A DNA stretch of 64,000 nt from assembly GCA_964016885.1 (NCBI GenBank), contig OZ024763.1, positions 28,706,001 through 28,770,000 of the forward strand, in the 5' to 3' direction. This DNA is from Eledone cirrhosa. Taxonomy: Eukaryota. Under the pieces are notes generated by a model. The model saw only the letters and a program-made list of their open reading frames with translations. It was not told the origin of the DNA and did no database searches. The position numbers and the translations under genes were made by a program. Of this stretch, positions 1 through 14,150 are shown piece after piece. Position 1 is the stretch's first letter. Each line of letters starts with the position of its first letter.

Positions 1-62
1 GGGCTCTGCCAGGCTTAAAATACCCTACGACCCTACCAAGAGTTACGGGTTCCTAATTATAA

Positions 63-221
63 GGAGGTGAATTGTCAATGTCGTTAGAACGTCGGATAGA
101 ATGCTTTCTTGTATTTGTTTCCGCCCTCTGCTCTCTCAGTTCAAATCCCGCCGAGGTCACCTCTGCCTCTCATCCTTTCGAGATTGATAAAAAAAAAAAG
201 TGTCAGTCTAGTATTGGGGTC
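63..221 (+). mobile_element. Diverged tRNA-derived SINE (family A)
   Basis: B-box-like CAGTTCAAATCCC followed by a degenerate 'ctttgcctttcatcct..gtcgataaa' core shared with the young copies elsewhere in the window. Confidence 0.75.
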
Positions 222-286
222 TCATTACCTCTCTCTCATTTTCTATCCGTCTCTGGAAGAAATCTGCTGTACTCAGGCCTTTAGAG

Positions 287-1483
287 CAGGGGCGTGAAAC
301 AGGTGGCCCGCGGGTCACAATCCAGCCCACCTGACCAGTCAGAATGGCCCGCAATGACCGTTTTTAATTTTTATCTTGTAGGCTTATTTAGAAATGTTTT
401 CGTAACCGTAATACAAAATGTTCTGTTAGTTGACCTATACTAAAGGGTTTCATTGATAGGGTTATGTGCGTTATAAGTACCCAGTTGACCTATACTAAAG
501 GGCTTCATTGATAGTGTTATGTGTGTTATAAGTTCCCAGTTGACCTATACTAAAGGGCTTCACTGATAGGGTTGTGTGTTATAATTTCCCAGTTGACCTA
601 TACTAAAGGGCTTCATTGATAGGGTTATGTGTGTTATAAGTTCCCAGTTGACCTATACTAAAGGGCTTCACTGATAGGGTTATGTGTGTTATAAGTTCCC
701 AGTTGACCTATACTAAAGGGCTTCACTGATAGGGTTATGTGTGTTATAAGTTCCCAGTTGACCTATACTAAAGGGCTTCATTGATAGGGTTATGTGTGTT
801 ATAATTTCCCAGTTGACCTATACTAAAGGGCTTCATTGATAGGGTTATGTGTGTTATAATTTCCCAGTTGACCTTTACTAAAGGGCTTCATTGATAGGGT
901 TATGTGTGTTATAATTTCCCAGTTGACCTTTACTAAAGGGCTTCATTGATAGGGTTGTGTGTGTTATAATTTCCCAGTTGACCTATACTAAAGGGTTTCA
1001 TTGATAGGGTTATGTGTGTTATAATTTCCCAGTTGACCTATACTAAAGGGCTTCATTTATAGGGTTATGTGTGTTATAATTTCCCAGTTGACCTATACTA
1101 AAGGGCTTCACTGATAGGGTTATGTGTGTTATAATTTCCCAGTTGACCTATACTAAAGGGCTTCACTGATAGGGTTATGTGTGTTATAATTTCCCAGTTG
1201 ACCTATACTAAAGGGCTTCATTGATAGGGTTATGTGTTATAATTTCCCAGTTGACCTATACTAAAGGGATTCACTGATAGGGTTATGTGTGTTATAATTT
1301 CCCAGTTGACTTATACTAAAGGGCTTCATTGATAGGGTTATGTGTGTTATAAGTTCCCAGTTCCATGTTATGGAAAGAAGTTGTGGTGAATCTTTGGAAT
1401 AGTTTTTAATAAATATCAATGACCCTCATAGTTCTTCCAATCTTCGAAGGTGACCCGCCAATGGAATATGTTGCACACCCCTG
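287..1483. mobile_element. Non-autonomous hAT (Charlie-like) DNA transposon with internal satellite
   Basis: Imperfect TIRs CAGGGGCGTGAAAC (287-300) / GTTGCACACCCCTG (1470-1483). Subterminal GGCCCGCGGG motif. 8-bp flanks CTTTAGAG (279-286) and ATTTAGAT (1484-1491) match 6/8 and resemble the NTCTAGAN target of Charlie-type hATs. No transposase ORF. Confidence 0.8.
428..1362. repeat. 55-bp tandem repeat, ~17 copies
   Basis: Unit CCCAGTTGACCTATACTAAAGGGCTTCATTGATAGGGTTATGTGTGTTATAAGTT; period read directly (481 to 536). No variable spacers. Confidence 0.97.
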
Positions 1484-1571
1484 ATTTAGATGGATGGGCC
1501 CCGCCAGGCTTCAAATGCCCTGAGACTCAACTAGAACTTACGGGAACATACATATATACTATGCATCTTAG

Positions 1572-1862
1572 TTATAAGGCGGTAATTGGGGTCGATAAAA
1601 TATAGTACCAGTAACGCACTGGGGTCGATTTAATCGACTTTCCCCTCCCCCAAAGTTGCTGGACTTGTGCCTGTGGATTGACAATATCGGTAGAGGGTGG
1701 GACGCCATGCTTTGACGCATAGTTACGGCCCTTGCCATTCTGAGTTCGAATCCCGCCGAGTTTAACTTTGCCTTTCATCCTTACGGGGGGTCGATAAAAT
1801 AAAGTACCAGTAATGCACTGGGGTAATTGCTGGCCTTGTGCCAAAAAGTAGAAACAATTATT
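1572..1862 (+). mobile_element. Two adjacent SINE family A copies (internally deleted copy, then near-full copy)
   Basis: B-box GAGTTCGAATCCC at ~1742, conserved core, and 3' tail GGCCTTGTGCCAAAAAGTAGAAACAATTATT. Confidence 0.9.
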
Positions 1863-1872
1863 ATCATTATTT

Positions 1873-2335
1873 GGCCAATGCCTCATCAACTTCTTTAAGT
1901 TTCACCTGGAAAGGAAGGTGGGGAAGAAGTGCTGACCCCCCCCCCCCTCCAAACCCTCAGTACATTTTCTAAAAGGCGGATGAATGTGGCGACAATGGCC
2001 CGTGTGAATGGGCCTACTCTGACCATGCGCCTATTAGGCTGGCTAACTTGAAGAGGAGAGGGGTGCCCTATCCAGTTGCCCTAGAAGCGCCGGGTGGTTC
2101 AGGATTGGTGGGGTACCTGAGTCACCCCTGGATAGTCGACGCCCTATAGGGGAATTTATTTTGTTATATTTATGCATAGTTTATTTTATATTTTTTATAT
2201 TTTCATTGTTAAATTAGTCTTACCATTGTGCAGTTTTACTCGAGCTTCTTTTAAACCCCCAAATAAATGTCGGCCCTTGTGGCCAATAAATGAAATCATC
2301 ATTATTATTATTATCGTCATCATTATTATTATTAT
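1873..2335 (+). mobile_element. 5'-truncated LINE 3' end, probably Tx1/L1 clade (ORF2 C-terminus, 3'UTR, (ATT)n tail)
   Basis: Frameshifted remnant GQCLINFFKFHLERKV / STFSKRRMNVATMARVNGPTLTMRL. 3' terminus CCCTTGTGGCCAATAAATGAAATC-(ATT)n; the same terminus recurs on the minus strand at ~20245-20280 and ~43618-43645. Clade assignment is from memory of similar termini. Confidence 0.6.
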
Positions 2336-2359
2336 TTACTTTACTATTTTTCTACCTTT

Positions 2360-2640
2360 ATTTTTAATCCTTTAAAAATTAAGCTGCCTACAACGATTCC
2401 TCTCTCTACGATACAAAATTTGTTTCTTTTCAAAGTGTTTATATTTATCTTTAAAAAAATACCCCTACAAAGCTTCCATAATAATCTTATGTAAGGAGCT
2501 TTAAATTAAGTTCCAAACATCAGCTTAAACATGAGATTGTTAGTCATATTACTAAATTGACGATATTTCTGCTAAATTTTCAAAATTATTTCAAAATTAG
2601 AGCCTGCATTAAGAGAAATATCGTAGAGAAAGATTTTAAA
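2360..2640. repeat. AT-rich interspersed repeat related to 11050-12233 and 48000-50210
   Basis: Shares GTGTTTATATTTATCT, AAGTTCCAAACA and TTCAAAATTATTTCAAAA blocks. Confidence 0.6.
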
Positions 2641-2890
2641 TTTCAACACATATTTTAGAAGGAGGATAGGGTGTCCTCATAAAATGTATACACACTTTGA
2701 GCACCTGTACAGGCAATTCACAGCCATGGTGTATATATTTTTGGGGGACAGTCTGTATATTCCAAAATAGGCAGTGGAGTGGCAGTATTGGGAGAGTGTT
2801 GGACGACTTGCTCTGTGGCATATATTTATAAATTTATGTAACTTTACGATTTCTATACCTTCTGTACACGTTTAAAGTATACGTATACCG

Positions 2891-2934
<44 letters not shown>

Positions 2935-3075
2935 CATATATATATATATACATGTATATATATAGACACACACATATGTATATATAATATAAATCTCTCT
3001 CTCTCCATATATATATACATATATGCACACTCACACACACATATATATATATTAACACACACACACATATACATA

Positions 3076-3113
<38 letters not shown>

Positions 3114-3346
3114 CACATATATATATAATATAATATATGGATATATACATACAGATATATAAGAGGTCACAGCTAAAGATGGCTGTCACCGAAATATATA
3201 TAGCAGTAATAAACGAAGCCAAATTTTAAATATTTGACTTATTTATTTTAGTTTATTTTACACTACTCCGGAGTAACCAAACCAACCTGCGCACTTCGTC
3301 GAGTGCTCCAATCTGCATATTGAGGTGTCGGTAAACAACCAACATA

Positions 3347-3381
<35 letters not shown>

Positions 3382-3581
3382 TAGAAGTTCTATTTAAATT
3401 GTTGGGATACAACAAGCAAATATTTTTATAACTGATATAAAGCACTCAATAAATTATTGGAGTAAAAATACGATATACTAACAAATGGAAACTATATTTA
3501 TAAAACCATATTTATTTCATTATACATGGTCGCATTCTTTAAGAGTATGTCAATATTTATTTATAAAACTGATCTATATTA

Positions 3582-3646
3582 TATTTTATCTGATGAAAGC
3601 ACAGCATAATTTAACTTGGTGTCCTTGAAATATGTATAATGAAATA
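3582..3646 (+). ncRNA. Minimal type-I hammerhead ribozyme motif (PLE-type)
   Basis: Stem I TATTTTAT/ATGAAATA; core CTGATGA (3590-3596); imperfect stem II AAGCAC..GTGTCCTT; GAAA (3627-3630); short stem III T-ATGT-A; AUA site (cut after 3638). Downstream 3632-3690 is inverted at 3469-3527. Confidence 0.6.
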
Positions 3647-3687
3647 AATATGGTTTTATAAATATAGTTTCCATTTGTTAATATATC

Positions 3688-3727
<40 letters not shown>

Positions 3728-4599
3728 CTTTTCTTGTTGGTACATAAAATCTAAATATTTAAAGTCGAGTCTATATATGGTGTTAGGTAGAACTAACTAT
3801 TTTAATATACAGATCAATATGTTTATAACTATCTATACTCTTTAATTACTTGTTTCAACACGCACGTCAAATATATACTATACACCTGTGTAGGAGGTTG
3901 TGTATATATAGATGTGTGTATGTGTGTGTGTATGTGTGTGTGTGTGTCTGTTGATTGGTGTGGAGGGGCTGAGCGTGTGTTAGTATAATATGTAATAATT
4001 ATACAGCTTTGATTACATACTTCTCTCTCTTTCACTCTCTCTCTTTCTCTCTCTCTCTCTTTCTCTCTTTATATATATATATATATATGGCATATGTATG
4101 TATATATATATATATGTATTAATATATACATATATGATGTCATATGTATGTATATATATATTTATTAATATATATACATATGTCATATGTATGTATTATT
4201 ATATATATATATATATATATGGCATAAGTATATATATGTGTTAATATATATATATGTCATATGTATATATATTTATTTATATATATGCATATATGGCATA
4301 TGTATGTATATGTATCAAACAATATATATATATATATATCTATATATGTATATTTATATATATATGTATATATATACATGCATACATAAACACACACACC
4401 CACACCTATACACGCATATATATATATATATATATATATCCATATATATATATATTTATATATATATATATATATATGTATTCAGGGGTATATATTCTCT
4501 AAACATACATGATTCGTTTTATATATGGGAGTCTATTTACGCTAAATTGTTAATTCGTATAATTACAGACCTTTCATACGCATCTATTGCTCTTAGTCG

Positions 4600-4771
<172 letters not shown>

Positions 4772-5096
4772 TTATATATATATATATATATGAATATATG
4801 TATGTATGTATGTATATGCATATACAGGTTACAAATATGAATTAATGTATAATTAGAGCTTTGATGGACATCTGATTCTCTCTCTTTCTCGACGTATACA
4901 CTCATACATACCCACATACAGTTGCAAGTATGTATGTAGGTATGTGTGTATATATGTATGCATGAGTTTGAGTGTATGTATGTATATTTTTACGTATATA
5001 TGTATGTATTTATGTAGATATATGTGAGTATGTATTCATGTGTGTATGTATATATTTATGTTTGTATGTATTTCTGTATGTATGTAGTTATGTATG

Positions 5097-5162
<66 letters not shown>

Positions 5163-5184
5163 TGTATGTATGTATGTATGTATG

Positions 5185-5425
5185 TATTTTATTATGCGCA
5201 TTTCAAAAACAAACATCATCAAGCAATAATATTTGTGTTTTCATCAGATAAAACAGGAGAACATGATATGAAGGCTAAAAAACACTTGTTGATAGTGCAG
5301 TTTTAAATCAACATATATCAACAAGTGTTTTTTAGCCTTCATATCATGTTCTCCTGTTTTATCTGATGAAAACACAAATATTATTGCTTGATGTTGTTTG
5401 TTTTTGAAATGCGCATAATAAAATA
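5185..5425. repeat. Near-perfect fold-back (~110-bp arms, ~21-nt loop) with a hammerhead on each arm
   Basis: 5185-5294 is the reverse complement of 5316-5425. Confidence 0.95.
5356..5424 (+). ncRNA. Minimal type-I hammerhead ribozyme motif (mirror copy on - strand at 5186-5254)
   Basis: Stem I GTTTTAT/ATAAAAT; CTGATGA 5363-5369; AU-rich imperfect stem II; GAAA 5406-5409; palindromic stem III ATGCGCAT; AUA site (cut after 5417). Confidence 0.7.
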
Positions 5426-5549
5426 TATGGAACTCCTTTAACCATCTTTTGATCTTATATTATGCATACTCCAGTCCCACAAACTGTAGAGTGCTTCTTA
5501 TCCGATATCTGCATTGCTTTATTGTACTACAATAAAACTCACCTCCTAC

Positions 5550-5604
<55 letters not shown>

Positions 5605-6338
5605 AGGTTGGTCTCGAGTGCTACTGGTAACATGTAACCCCTGTACAACCTGTCCCATGGTCGGGTCGTCGGTGACTAAACCGGCAGCCCCGCCGGTAGA
5701 GGTACTCAGCAGAGTCAACGGCCATCAAAATAGTACTTTATTTTTTCACCTGGGAGTGAAAGGCCTCCAGTTGTGGTCACAACACCTTTCTAAGACAGGG
5801 AAACTCTGAACATAACCTGTGGCTTCGGAAGCATCCGATGATGTTGACCAGTTCTCCTTTTCGGGTACTGTTTTCGTTGGTTGCTCAGAGAGTGGGATAG
5901 GCCTTTCCCCACATAAAAAAACCTTCAAAACACTTACATTGCTTGTTCGGGATATGTTACAGGTTCGTGTAGCTGGCCGTAGCCTAAAAGTGCACCAAAC
6001 TCTGTAATCTGACAAGCGATTGCAGCCATCACATATATATATATGCATGTAGGTATGTTTGTATTTATGTATGTATGTGCTTGTGTGTATGACTTGGTTC
6101 ACAAATATATAAATTTAAAAACATTGGGTCGCCACACTTCAGTGAACTACAATAATATCTGATATCTATAAATAATAATTGAAGAAATCGCTCTGAGTAA
6201 ACCTAAATGCGTAAAACAGTTGATCGATACGACATCTGAAATTTAAATCGTAACTAGTGTATGGTGGATAGCTGGGTTACCATTCTCCCTAGGGAACTTT
6301 TGGTGTGGATTTTGGCTCATATGTATACACACACACAC

Positions 6339-6391
<53 letters not shown>

Positions 6392-6803
6392 GGAAAAATT
6401 TGAACAGGGACAAACAGAGAGGCAGTACAACGAATGTTTATTAATTTCCCGCTCTGGAGAGTGGGGTGTTGGTGTGATAGTACAAAATGGATCTCTCTCG
6501 GTTGATTCGAGTCGCGTTCGTTCCTCCATGATGATTCGAGAATAAATGCGTGACTTCTGTGTAATCGGTGCAACAATTGCACCCAGGTACCATGGATACG
6601 TAGAAGAAACCAAAGATTTACGTTTGGTCAGGGCTGAATTGCTTAATACCCGTACATAGTCCCGAAATTACCGCTAATGACTAAATGTGTGCGCTCCGAA
6701 TCACGGACGGGTACTTCGGATATGCAAGTCCGGTGCAATCATCAAGCTAGTGGGAAATTTCGGTGTATTAGCACAAACTCAATTTGTCTTCTTCCATACA
6801 TTT

Positions 6804-6859
<56 letters not shown>

Positions 6860-6882
6860 GTATATATATATATATATGTATG

Positions 6883-6975
<93 letters not shown>

Positions 6976-7000
6976 ATATGTATATATATATATGTATGTA

Positions 7001-7123
<123 letters not shown>

Positions 7124-7413
7124 ATATATATATATATACAGTATTTTCCGTTGTGTTGTAATATAAATATTACACACAGTAGATTATCAGCTCACGTAGA
7201 GTTTGCTCGACGGTTCCAGTTGTAGTTCCAAAAGTAATCCGGAGAAAAATAGAAAGATTTGAATGGATACAGTTTAGTTGAAAGGAATTTACTGACACGT
7301 GTTTCTATAACAGTTACATAACCTAAAACAGCTATCTACAAACTTTTAGTTATGCAGACATTCAATATTTCAATGTTATTATTTACTGTCATTTCATCAG
7401 AATAATAATATCT

Positions 7414-8455
<1,042 letters not shown>

Positions 8456-8459
8456 TTGT

Positions 8460-8590
8460 GAAGGCGTGTGGCTGACTGGTTAGAGAATTGGATTCGCAAT
8501 CGTAAGGTTGTGAGTTCGATTCCTGGACCAGGCGACGCGTTATGTCCTTGAGCAAGGAACTTTATTTCACGTTGCTCCTTCTACCTGGAG
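8460..8590 (+). mobile_element. tRNA-derived SINE (family B), 5' part
   Basis: A-box TGGCTGACTGG and B-box GAGTTCGATTCC at tRNA-like spacing, then TGTCCTTGAGCAAGGAACTTTATTTCACGTTGCTCC as in the copies at 15961 and 50218. No acceptor stem, so not a tRNA gene. Confidence 0.85.
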
Positions 8591-8748
8591 TTGCGACCGA
8601 TAGATAGTATTAGCAATTGGAAAGACCAACGGAAACATTGTTCCCTCGGTCCGATTTGACGAAAGTCGATCGTTCCTATATATATATATTATCAGGAAGG
8701 CTTTCCTGGTGATTTCTCCCGAATAAAACAGTTCTAGTCCTGGAAGCC

Positions 8749-8805
<57 letters not shown>

Positions 8806-9006
8806 CATATATATATATATACACATATATATATATATATATATATGCCATCACATATATATGCTATATCCAGTCCTTTCAAATATTCATTGAATATCCA
8901 CCTAGTGGCAATATTTTGGTATATAAATGTGATAAGTACACCTTGATATGTGTGGAATGCCATTAGAGTGATTAATCTAAACACAAACACACACATATAT
9001 ATATAT

Positions 9007-9051
<45 letters not shown>

Positions 9052-9180
9052 TACACACATATATAAGTATATGTACACACACATATATATATATATAAAT
9101 GAACTGTTGACCTAATATGTTCCTTCTATATACTGTAGCGATTGTGTTGTTATTTCTGTTTACCTTTTATATACACAAAT

Positions 9181-9227
<47 letters not shown>

Positions 9228-9436
9228 ATTTGCCTCTACACATTCCACAAGTAATGCTACAATTAATGCTAGCACCTCAGCACCCCTGCCAAGACTTACA
9301 TTCCCTTCTGTCACAATCACAATTATCACCACACTCACATTCCTCATCATTATAATCGAATCACACATAGTTTCCCTGCCTTTTACCGTACTGTACTCTA
9401 CTTCTACAATCGTACTGTTTGAAAAAAACAAAAAAC

Positions 9437-9624
9437 ATGTTTTATAAGTCGACCATAACTATTTATAAGCTTATATATGTTTTATAAGTCGACCATAACT
9501 ATTTATAAGCTTATATATGTTTTATAAGTCGACCATAACTATTTATAAGCTTATATATGTTTTATAAGTCGACCATAACTATTTATAAGCTTATATATGT
9601 TTTATAAGTCGACCATAACTATTT
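9437..9624. repeat. 40-bp tandem repeat, ~4.7 copies
   Basis: GACCATAACT recurs at 9451, 9491, 9531, 9571, 9611. Confidence 0.95.
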
Positions 9625-9666
9625 TAAATAGGGAGTTTCTTTCCATCTATCCCGTATATATACTTA

Positions 9667-10360
9667 TTTCTTCTTCTTCTTCTTCTTCTTCTTCTTCTTC
9701 TTCTTCTTCTTCTTCTTCTTCTTCTTCGTCTTCTTCGTTTTTGTCTTCTTCTTCTTTTTCTTCTTCTTCTTCTTCTTCTTCTTCTTCTTCTTCTTCTTCT
9801 TCTTCTTCTTCTTCGTCTTCTTCTTCTTCTTCTTCTTTGCCTTCTTCTTCTTCTTCTTCTTCTTCTTCTTCTTCTTCTTTGTCTTCTTCCTTTTCTTCTT
9901 TGTCTTCTTCTTCTTCTATGTCTTCTTCTTCTTCTTTGTCTTCTTCTTTGTCTTTTTCTTCTTTTTATTCTTCTACTTATTCCTGAGAAAGTCGTGGGGG
10001 CAGAGTCCTCAAAGACTTCTTCCAGCTGGTCCCGTCACAAGAACCGTCTCCAACTAATCCGGCTGGATCCCTACATGAGACCAGCCAAGCTCATTGATGT
10101 TATGCAACCATTTTGCTCGGGGTCTACCCCTGGGTCTCTTGCTGGTTGGTTTTGCCAGTCAAATCTATCCAGTGATTCTTTTCTCAGATATTCTAACCAC
10201 ATGCCCCATAATATCAGAGCTGTGATCTCTCAATTCGGAGAAGCAGCGTCTCTACCAGGAGTGTCTCTCTGGTCCCCGAGTTACGCTCTTTATCGAGTAA
10301 CGTTACCCCAAAGACCCTTCGGAAGAATCCCATTTCGGCCACTTGTATTCGCGATCGTAT
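9667..10360 (-). mobile_element. RTE-type LINE 3' fragment with (GAA)n tail
   Basis: Minus strand reads IRSRIQVAEMGFFRRVFGVTLLDK..LLRIERSQL*YYGHVVRISEKR..KRPRGRPRAKW, the typical RTE ORF2 C-terminal GHV.R / RPRGRP..W pattern, with stops. (GAA)n tract at 9667-9980. Confidence 0.85.
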
Positions 10361-10500
10361 TGTATACTGTAGATATATGCCTCTCTATCTCTCTCCACCA
10401 ACATTGACAGCACTGGTACCTATGTAGAATTTTCACATTCTACTGTACTTCTACCATCATACTGTTTGAAAGGAGAACATGTTTTATGAAAATCGACCAA

Positions 10501-10733
10501 TCTATACTATAAGGCTGACGACGGCCGTATGTAGATAACAAACTTTCCGCCAATCGGCTGGACCAAACAGCACCAAATTTGCACGATAGATGTAACTTTT
10601 TCCAAGTAAAAACGTGAGGGTATTTTTGTGTACTGAATTTTGTTAAAAGATTAAAGACATTATTTAAATATTCATTTCAAATATCAACACTTCCGGTTAT
10701 ACGTCATTCCACACTTTTTCTTATGACAGCTAG
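10501..10733 (+). mobile_element. Short non-autonomous Helitron (probable)
   Basis: Begins A|TCTATACTATAA and ends CAGCTAG|T with no TSD. Interrupts a segment (TCGACCA^TAA) similar to uninterrupted 9385-9660. 3' hairpin is weak. Confidence 0.55.
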
Positions 10734-10847
10734 TAATTAATAAAGTTATTAACAATTTTAAATAGAAAGTTTCTGTTCAACCATCGCGTATATCTCTATT
10801 GAAAGAAACTGTTTTTTTTTATTCATATAATTTTGAAAATAATCAAA

Positions 10848-11036
10848 TAATTGTTTCTACTTTAGGCACAAGGCCAGCAATTATCCAGTGCATTACTGGT
10901 ACTTTATTTTATCGACCCCGTAAGGATGAAAGGCAAAGTCAACCTCGGCGGGATTTGTACTCAGATCGTAAAGGGCCGTAACTATGCTGGAAAGCATGGC
11001 GTCCGACCCTCTACCGATACTGCCAATCCACCGCCC
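10848..11036 (-). mobile_element. Young full-length SINE family A
   Basis: A-box TGGCAGTATCGG, B-box-like GAGTACAAATCCC, core and tail. Flanking repeat AAAATAATCAAATAAT (10836-10851 / 11043-11058) is a likely TSD. Confidence 0.92.
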
Positions 11037-11049
11037 ATAATCAAAATAA

Positions 11050-12233
11050 TCAAATAATGTAATGATTTAGAAATATTGCTAACATTCTCATTATTAAATT
11101 GGTGTTCGGAACACAACTTAACAAAGGTTCTTACATAACGTTATTATAGTTGAAGGTTTTTAGATATATATTTATATAAGCTCTTTAAAATAAACAGCTT
11201 TGACTCGTGAAACCGGGGGAATTTTAGGGAGTTTGGTAACAAAATCTTTGAGCTGGTGCTTAGAATTTAAATTAATAAATGTTCTTATATAAAATTATGA
11301 TGTAAGGTTTTTAGATAAATATAAACAGTTTGTATCATAGAACCAAGGTTGTGTGGAACATAGCTTAACAAAGGTTCTTAGATAAAATTATGATGTAAGG
11401 TTTTTAGATAAATATAAACAGTTTGTATCATAGAACCAAGGTTGTGTGGAACATAGCTTAACAAAGTTTCTTAACGCGAAATTATGATGGAAGGTTTTTA
11501 GATAAATATAAACACTTTATAATAAACAGCTTTGTATCATAGAACTAGGGTGTTTGGAACATAACTTAATAGTGGTTCTTAACTTAAAATTATTATGTAA
11601 GGTTTTTAGATAAATATAAACACTTTAAAGGAAACAGTTTTGTATCATAGAAGCGGGAGAGTTTGGAATATAACTTAATAAAGGTTCTTACATAATATTA
11701 TGATGGAAGGTTTTTAGACAAATATTAACACTTTTAAATATACAGATTCGTGTATCATAGAAACAGGGATGTTTGGAACATCACTTAAAGGTTCTTAACA
11801 TAAAATTATGATGGATGGATTTTAGATAAATATAAACAGTTGAAAATAAAGAGCTTTGTATGATAGAACCAGAGAGGTTTGGAACATAACCTAACAAAGG
11901 TTCTTAACATAAAATTATGATGGAAGGTTTTTAGATAAATAAAACATTTTAAAATAAACAGATTTGTATCATAGAAACAGGGATGTTTGGAACACAACTT
12001 AAAAGTTCTTAACATGAAATTATGATGAAAGGTTTTTAGACAAATATAAATAGTTTAAAATAAAGAGCTTTGTATCATAGAACCAGAGATGTTTGGAACA
12101 TAACCTAACAAAAGTTCTTGACATAAAATTATGTTGGAAAGTTTTTAGATAAATAAAAACACTTTAAAATAAAGAGATTTTTATCATAGAACCATGGTCA
12201 GTTTTAGGCAACATGGTATCAAAAAAGGATTAG
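11050..12233. repeat. Diverged AT-rich tandem array, ~95-110-bp unit, ~10 units; possibly MITE-derived
   Basis: GGAACATAACTTAACAAAGGTTCTT..GGTTTTTAGATAAATATAAAC..GTATCATAGAAC recurs at ~11355, 11448, 11555, 11665, 11775, 11881, 11989, 12095. Reverse complement of blocks at 48000-50210. Confidence 0.85.
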
Positions 12234-12264
12234 ATATAATAAGTAAAAAGTAGAAAAGGATCTA

Positions 12265-12390
12265 TTAGAGCTGTGGATAGAAGGCTTTGTGGTATAAGTT
12301 TCGGCTTACTGCATTCCGAGTTCAAATCCTACCAAAATCAACCATGTCTTTCATCATTACGTATAAGATTCTAAGTACTGGAAGCGATTT
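12265..12390 (+). mobile_element. Old SINE family A remnant
   Basis: GAGTTCAAATCC followed by a degenerate CTTTCATC core. Confidence 0.55.
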
Positions 12391-12714
12391 TTTTCTCTAT
12401 AACACTTTCTCACAAACCTCACGATCACTCATTTTATTTCCCTGGAATAAATCGGTTGTGTTCAGACTTGGAGAGGAAATGTATTCCACCAGGTTAAAAA
12501 TGTCCAATGAATATCACTAAGGCGTCCCTACGACTCCATCAAAAGTTAAGGGACATTGTCATAGTATAGAGCAGGTATACTAATGGTGTAAGATAATCTA
12601 CTGTGCATTATATTGAGAAAGACCGGATTATATGGTTTGTTTCATGATGGGATATTCTCAATTTACCTAACAATGTTATAGTTTTTCTGTTAACAGATAT
12701 ACTCCTATGTTGTA

Positions 12715-12745
<31 letters not shown>

Positions 12746-12937
12746 CATTCACATATATATATATATATATATGAGTGCGTATTTATATGTGTGTATATGA
12801 TTGTACGTATATATGTGTATATATATATATATATATGTGTGCATGTATGTATGTATGTATGCATGCATGCAGACATATTTGTATATATGTTTACGTCAGT
12901 ATGTACGTATATATATATATATATATATATTTGCATG

Positions 12938-12968
<31 letters not shown>

Positions 12969-12987
12969 GCATATGCATATTTGCATG

Positions 12988-13033
<46 letters not shown>

Positions 13034-13558
13034 TATGCATATTTGCATGCCTTTACGTGCGCCTTTACTGCACTACTTGCTAGAAAATACACAGAAAATT
13101 CACAGTAAATATATATAAAATACATATAGAATATATAGAAAATATAACACATATGTGGTTATGTGGTTGTGTGGAAAACCAGATTTGAATATTTTATTGG
13201 AAAGAGAAGCAGCAAATCCCTTTACTGACGCCGAAATTCCTAACAACGGCCATATTGAAAGGAAAAGATAGTTACACAAATTTACCCTTTTTTATTTATT
13301 TTTGATTTCACGTGTAATTTTGCGAATGGCACCAGTTAAGCATCTCGTTTTAACAAATGCACGTTATACATCAAAACACGTGTACTGTTGCTTCATTGTA
13401 CGGTGGTTGTGGTAGGGGTGGTGGTTGTGTTGGTGGTACAGTAGTGGGGTGGTGGTTGTGGTGGTTGAGGTGGTGTGTTAGGGGGTGTTTTAAAACAACA
13501 CCTACAAATAATTACTAAAATAAAACGTTATGTATATATGTATGTATATATGTATGTA

Positions 13559-13619
<61 letters not shown>

Positions 13620-13789
13620 GATGCATTTTAAAATGCATGCGTAAGCAGATTTTATTTTAGACACGATTACGTGACAAACATACATGTTGTATATATATAT
13701 ATGTGTATATATTCATGTATATATACATATATATGTATATATATAGCGATATATGTCTGTATATATATATATACATATATAGCGATATA

Positions 13790-13848
<59 letters not shown>

Positions 13849-13979
13849 CGATATATGTCTGTATATACATATATATATATATATAATCATTTTTATTTAT
13901 TTTTATTTCTTTACTATTATTTCTTCGGATGATGATAAATATCAAAATCGTCATAAAAATCCTCATCATCATCTTATCG

Positions 13980-14150
13980 ATCTGAAGAATCGGTTGAGCG
14001 CCCGAAAAATACCTTGTGGTGATACCTATAGGCTCATTGTTTCTGAGTTCAAATTCCGTTGAGGTTAATGGTCGCCTTTAATCATCCCCCGGATCGATAA
14101 ATGGAATAACCCTGACGTAATGTGATCTATGATTCTACGATACGTGGAGG
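13980..14150 (+). mobile_element. Old SINE family A remnant
   Basis: CTGAGTTCAAATTCCGTTGAGGTT..GCCTTT..CATCC..GATCGATAAA. Confidence 0.6.

Noticed and set aside
428-1362. CRISPR-like array (also considered for 15185-15640, 28150-31420, 38540-40965)
   Set aside because: No unique constant-length spacers, no cas genes, eukaryotic context.
7138-7410. Two minus-strand hammerhead-like strings (CTGATAA..GAAAATACTGTA; CTGATGA-AATG..CATT-GAAA..GTC)
   Set aside because: The first has an uncompensated core change; neither forms stem I.
8460-8535. tRNA genes (also 15961-16035)
   Set aside because: A/B boxes are present but there is no intact cloverleaf, and both continue into a shared SINE body.
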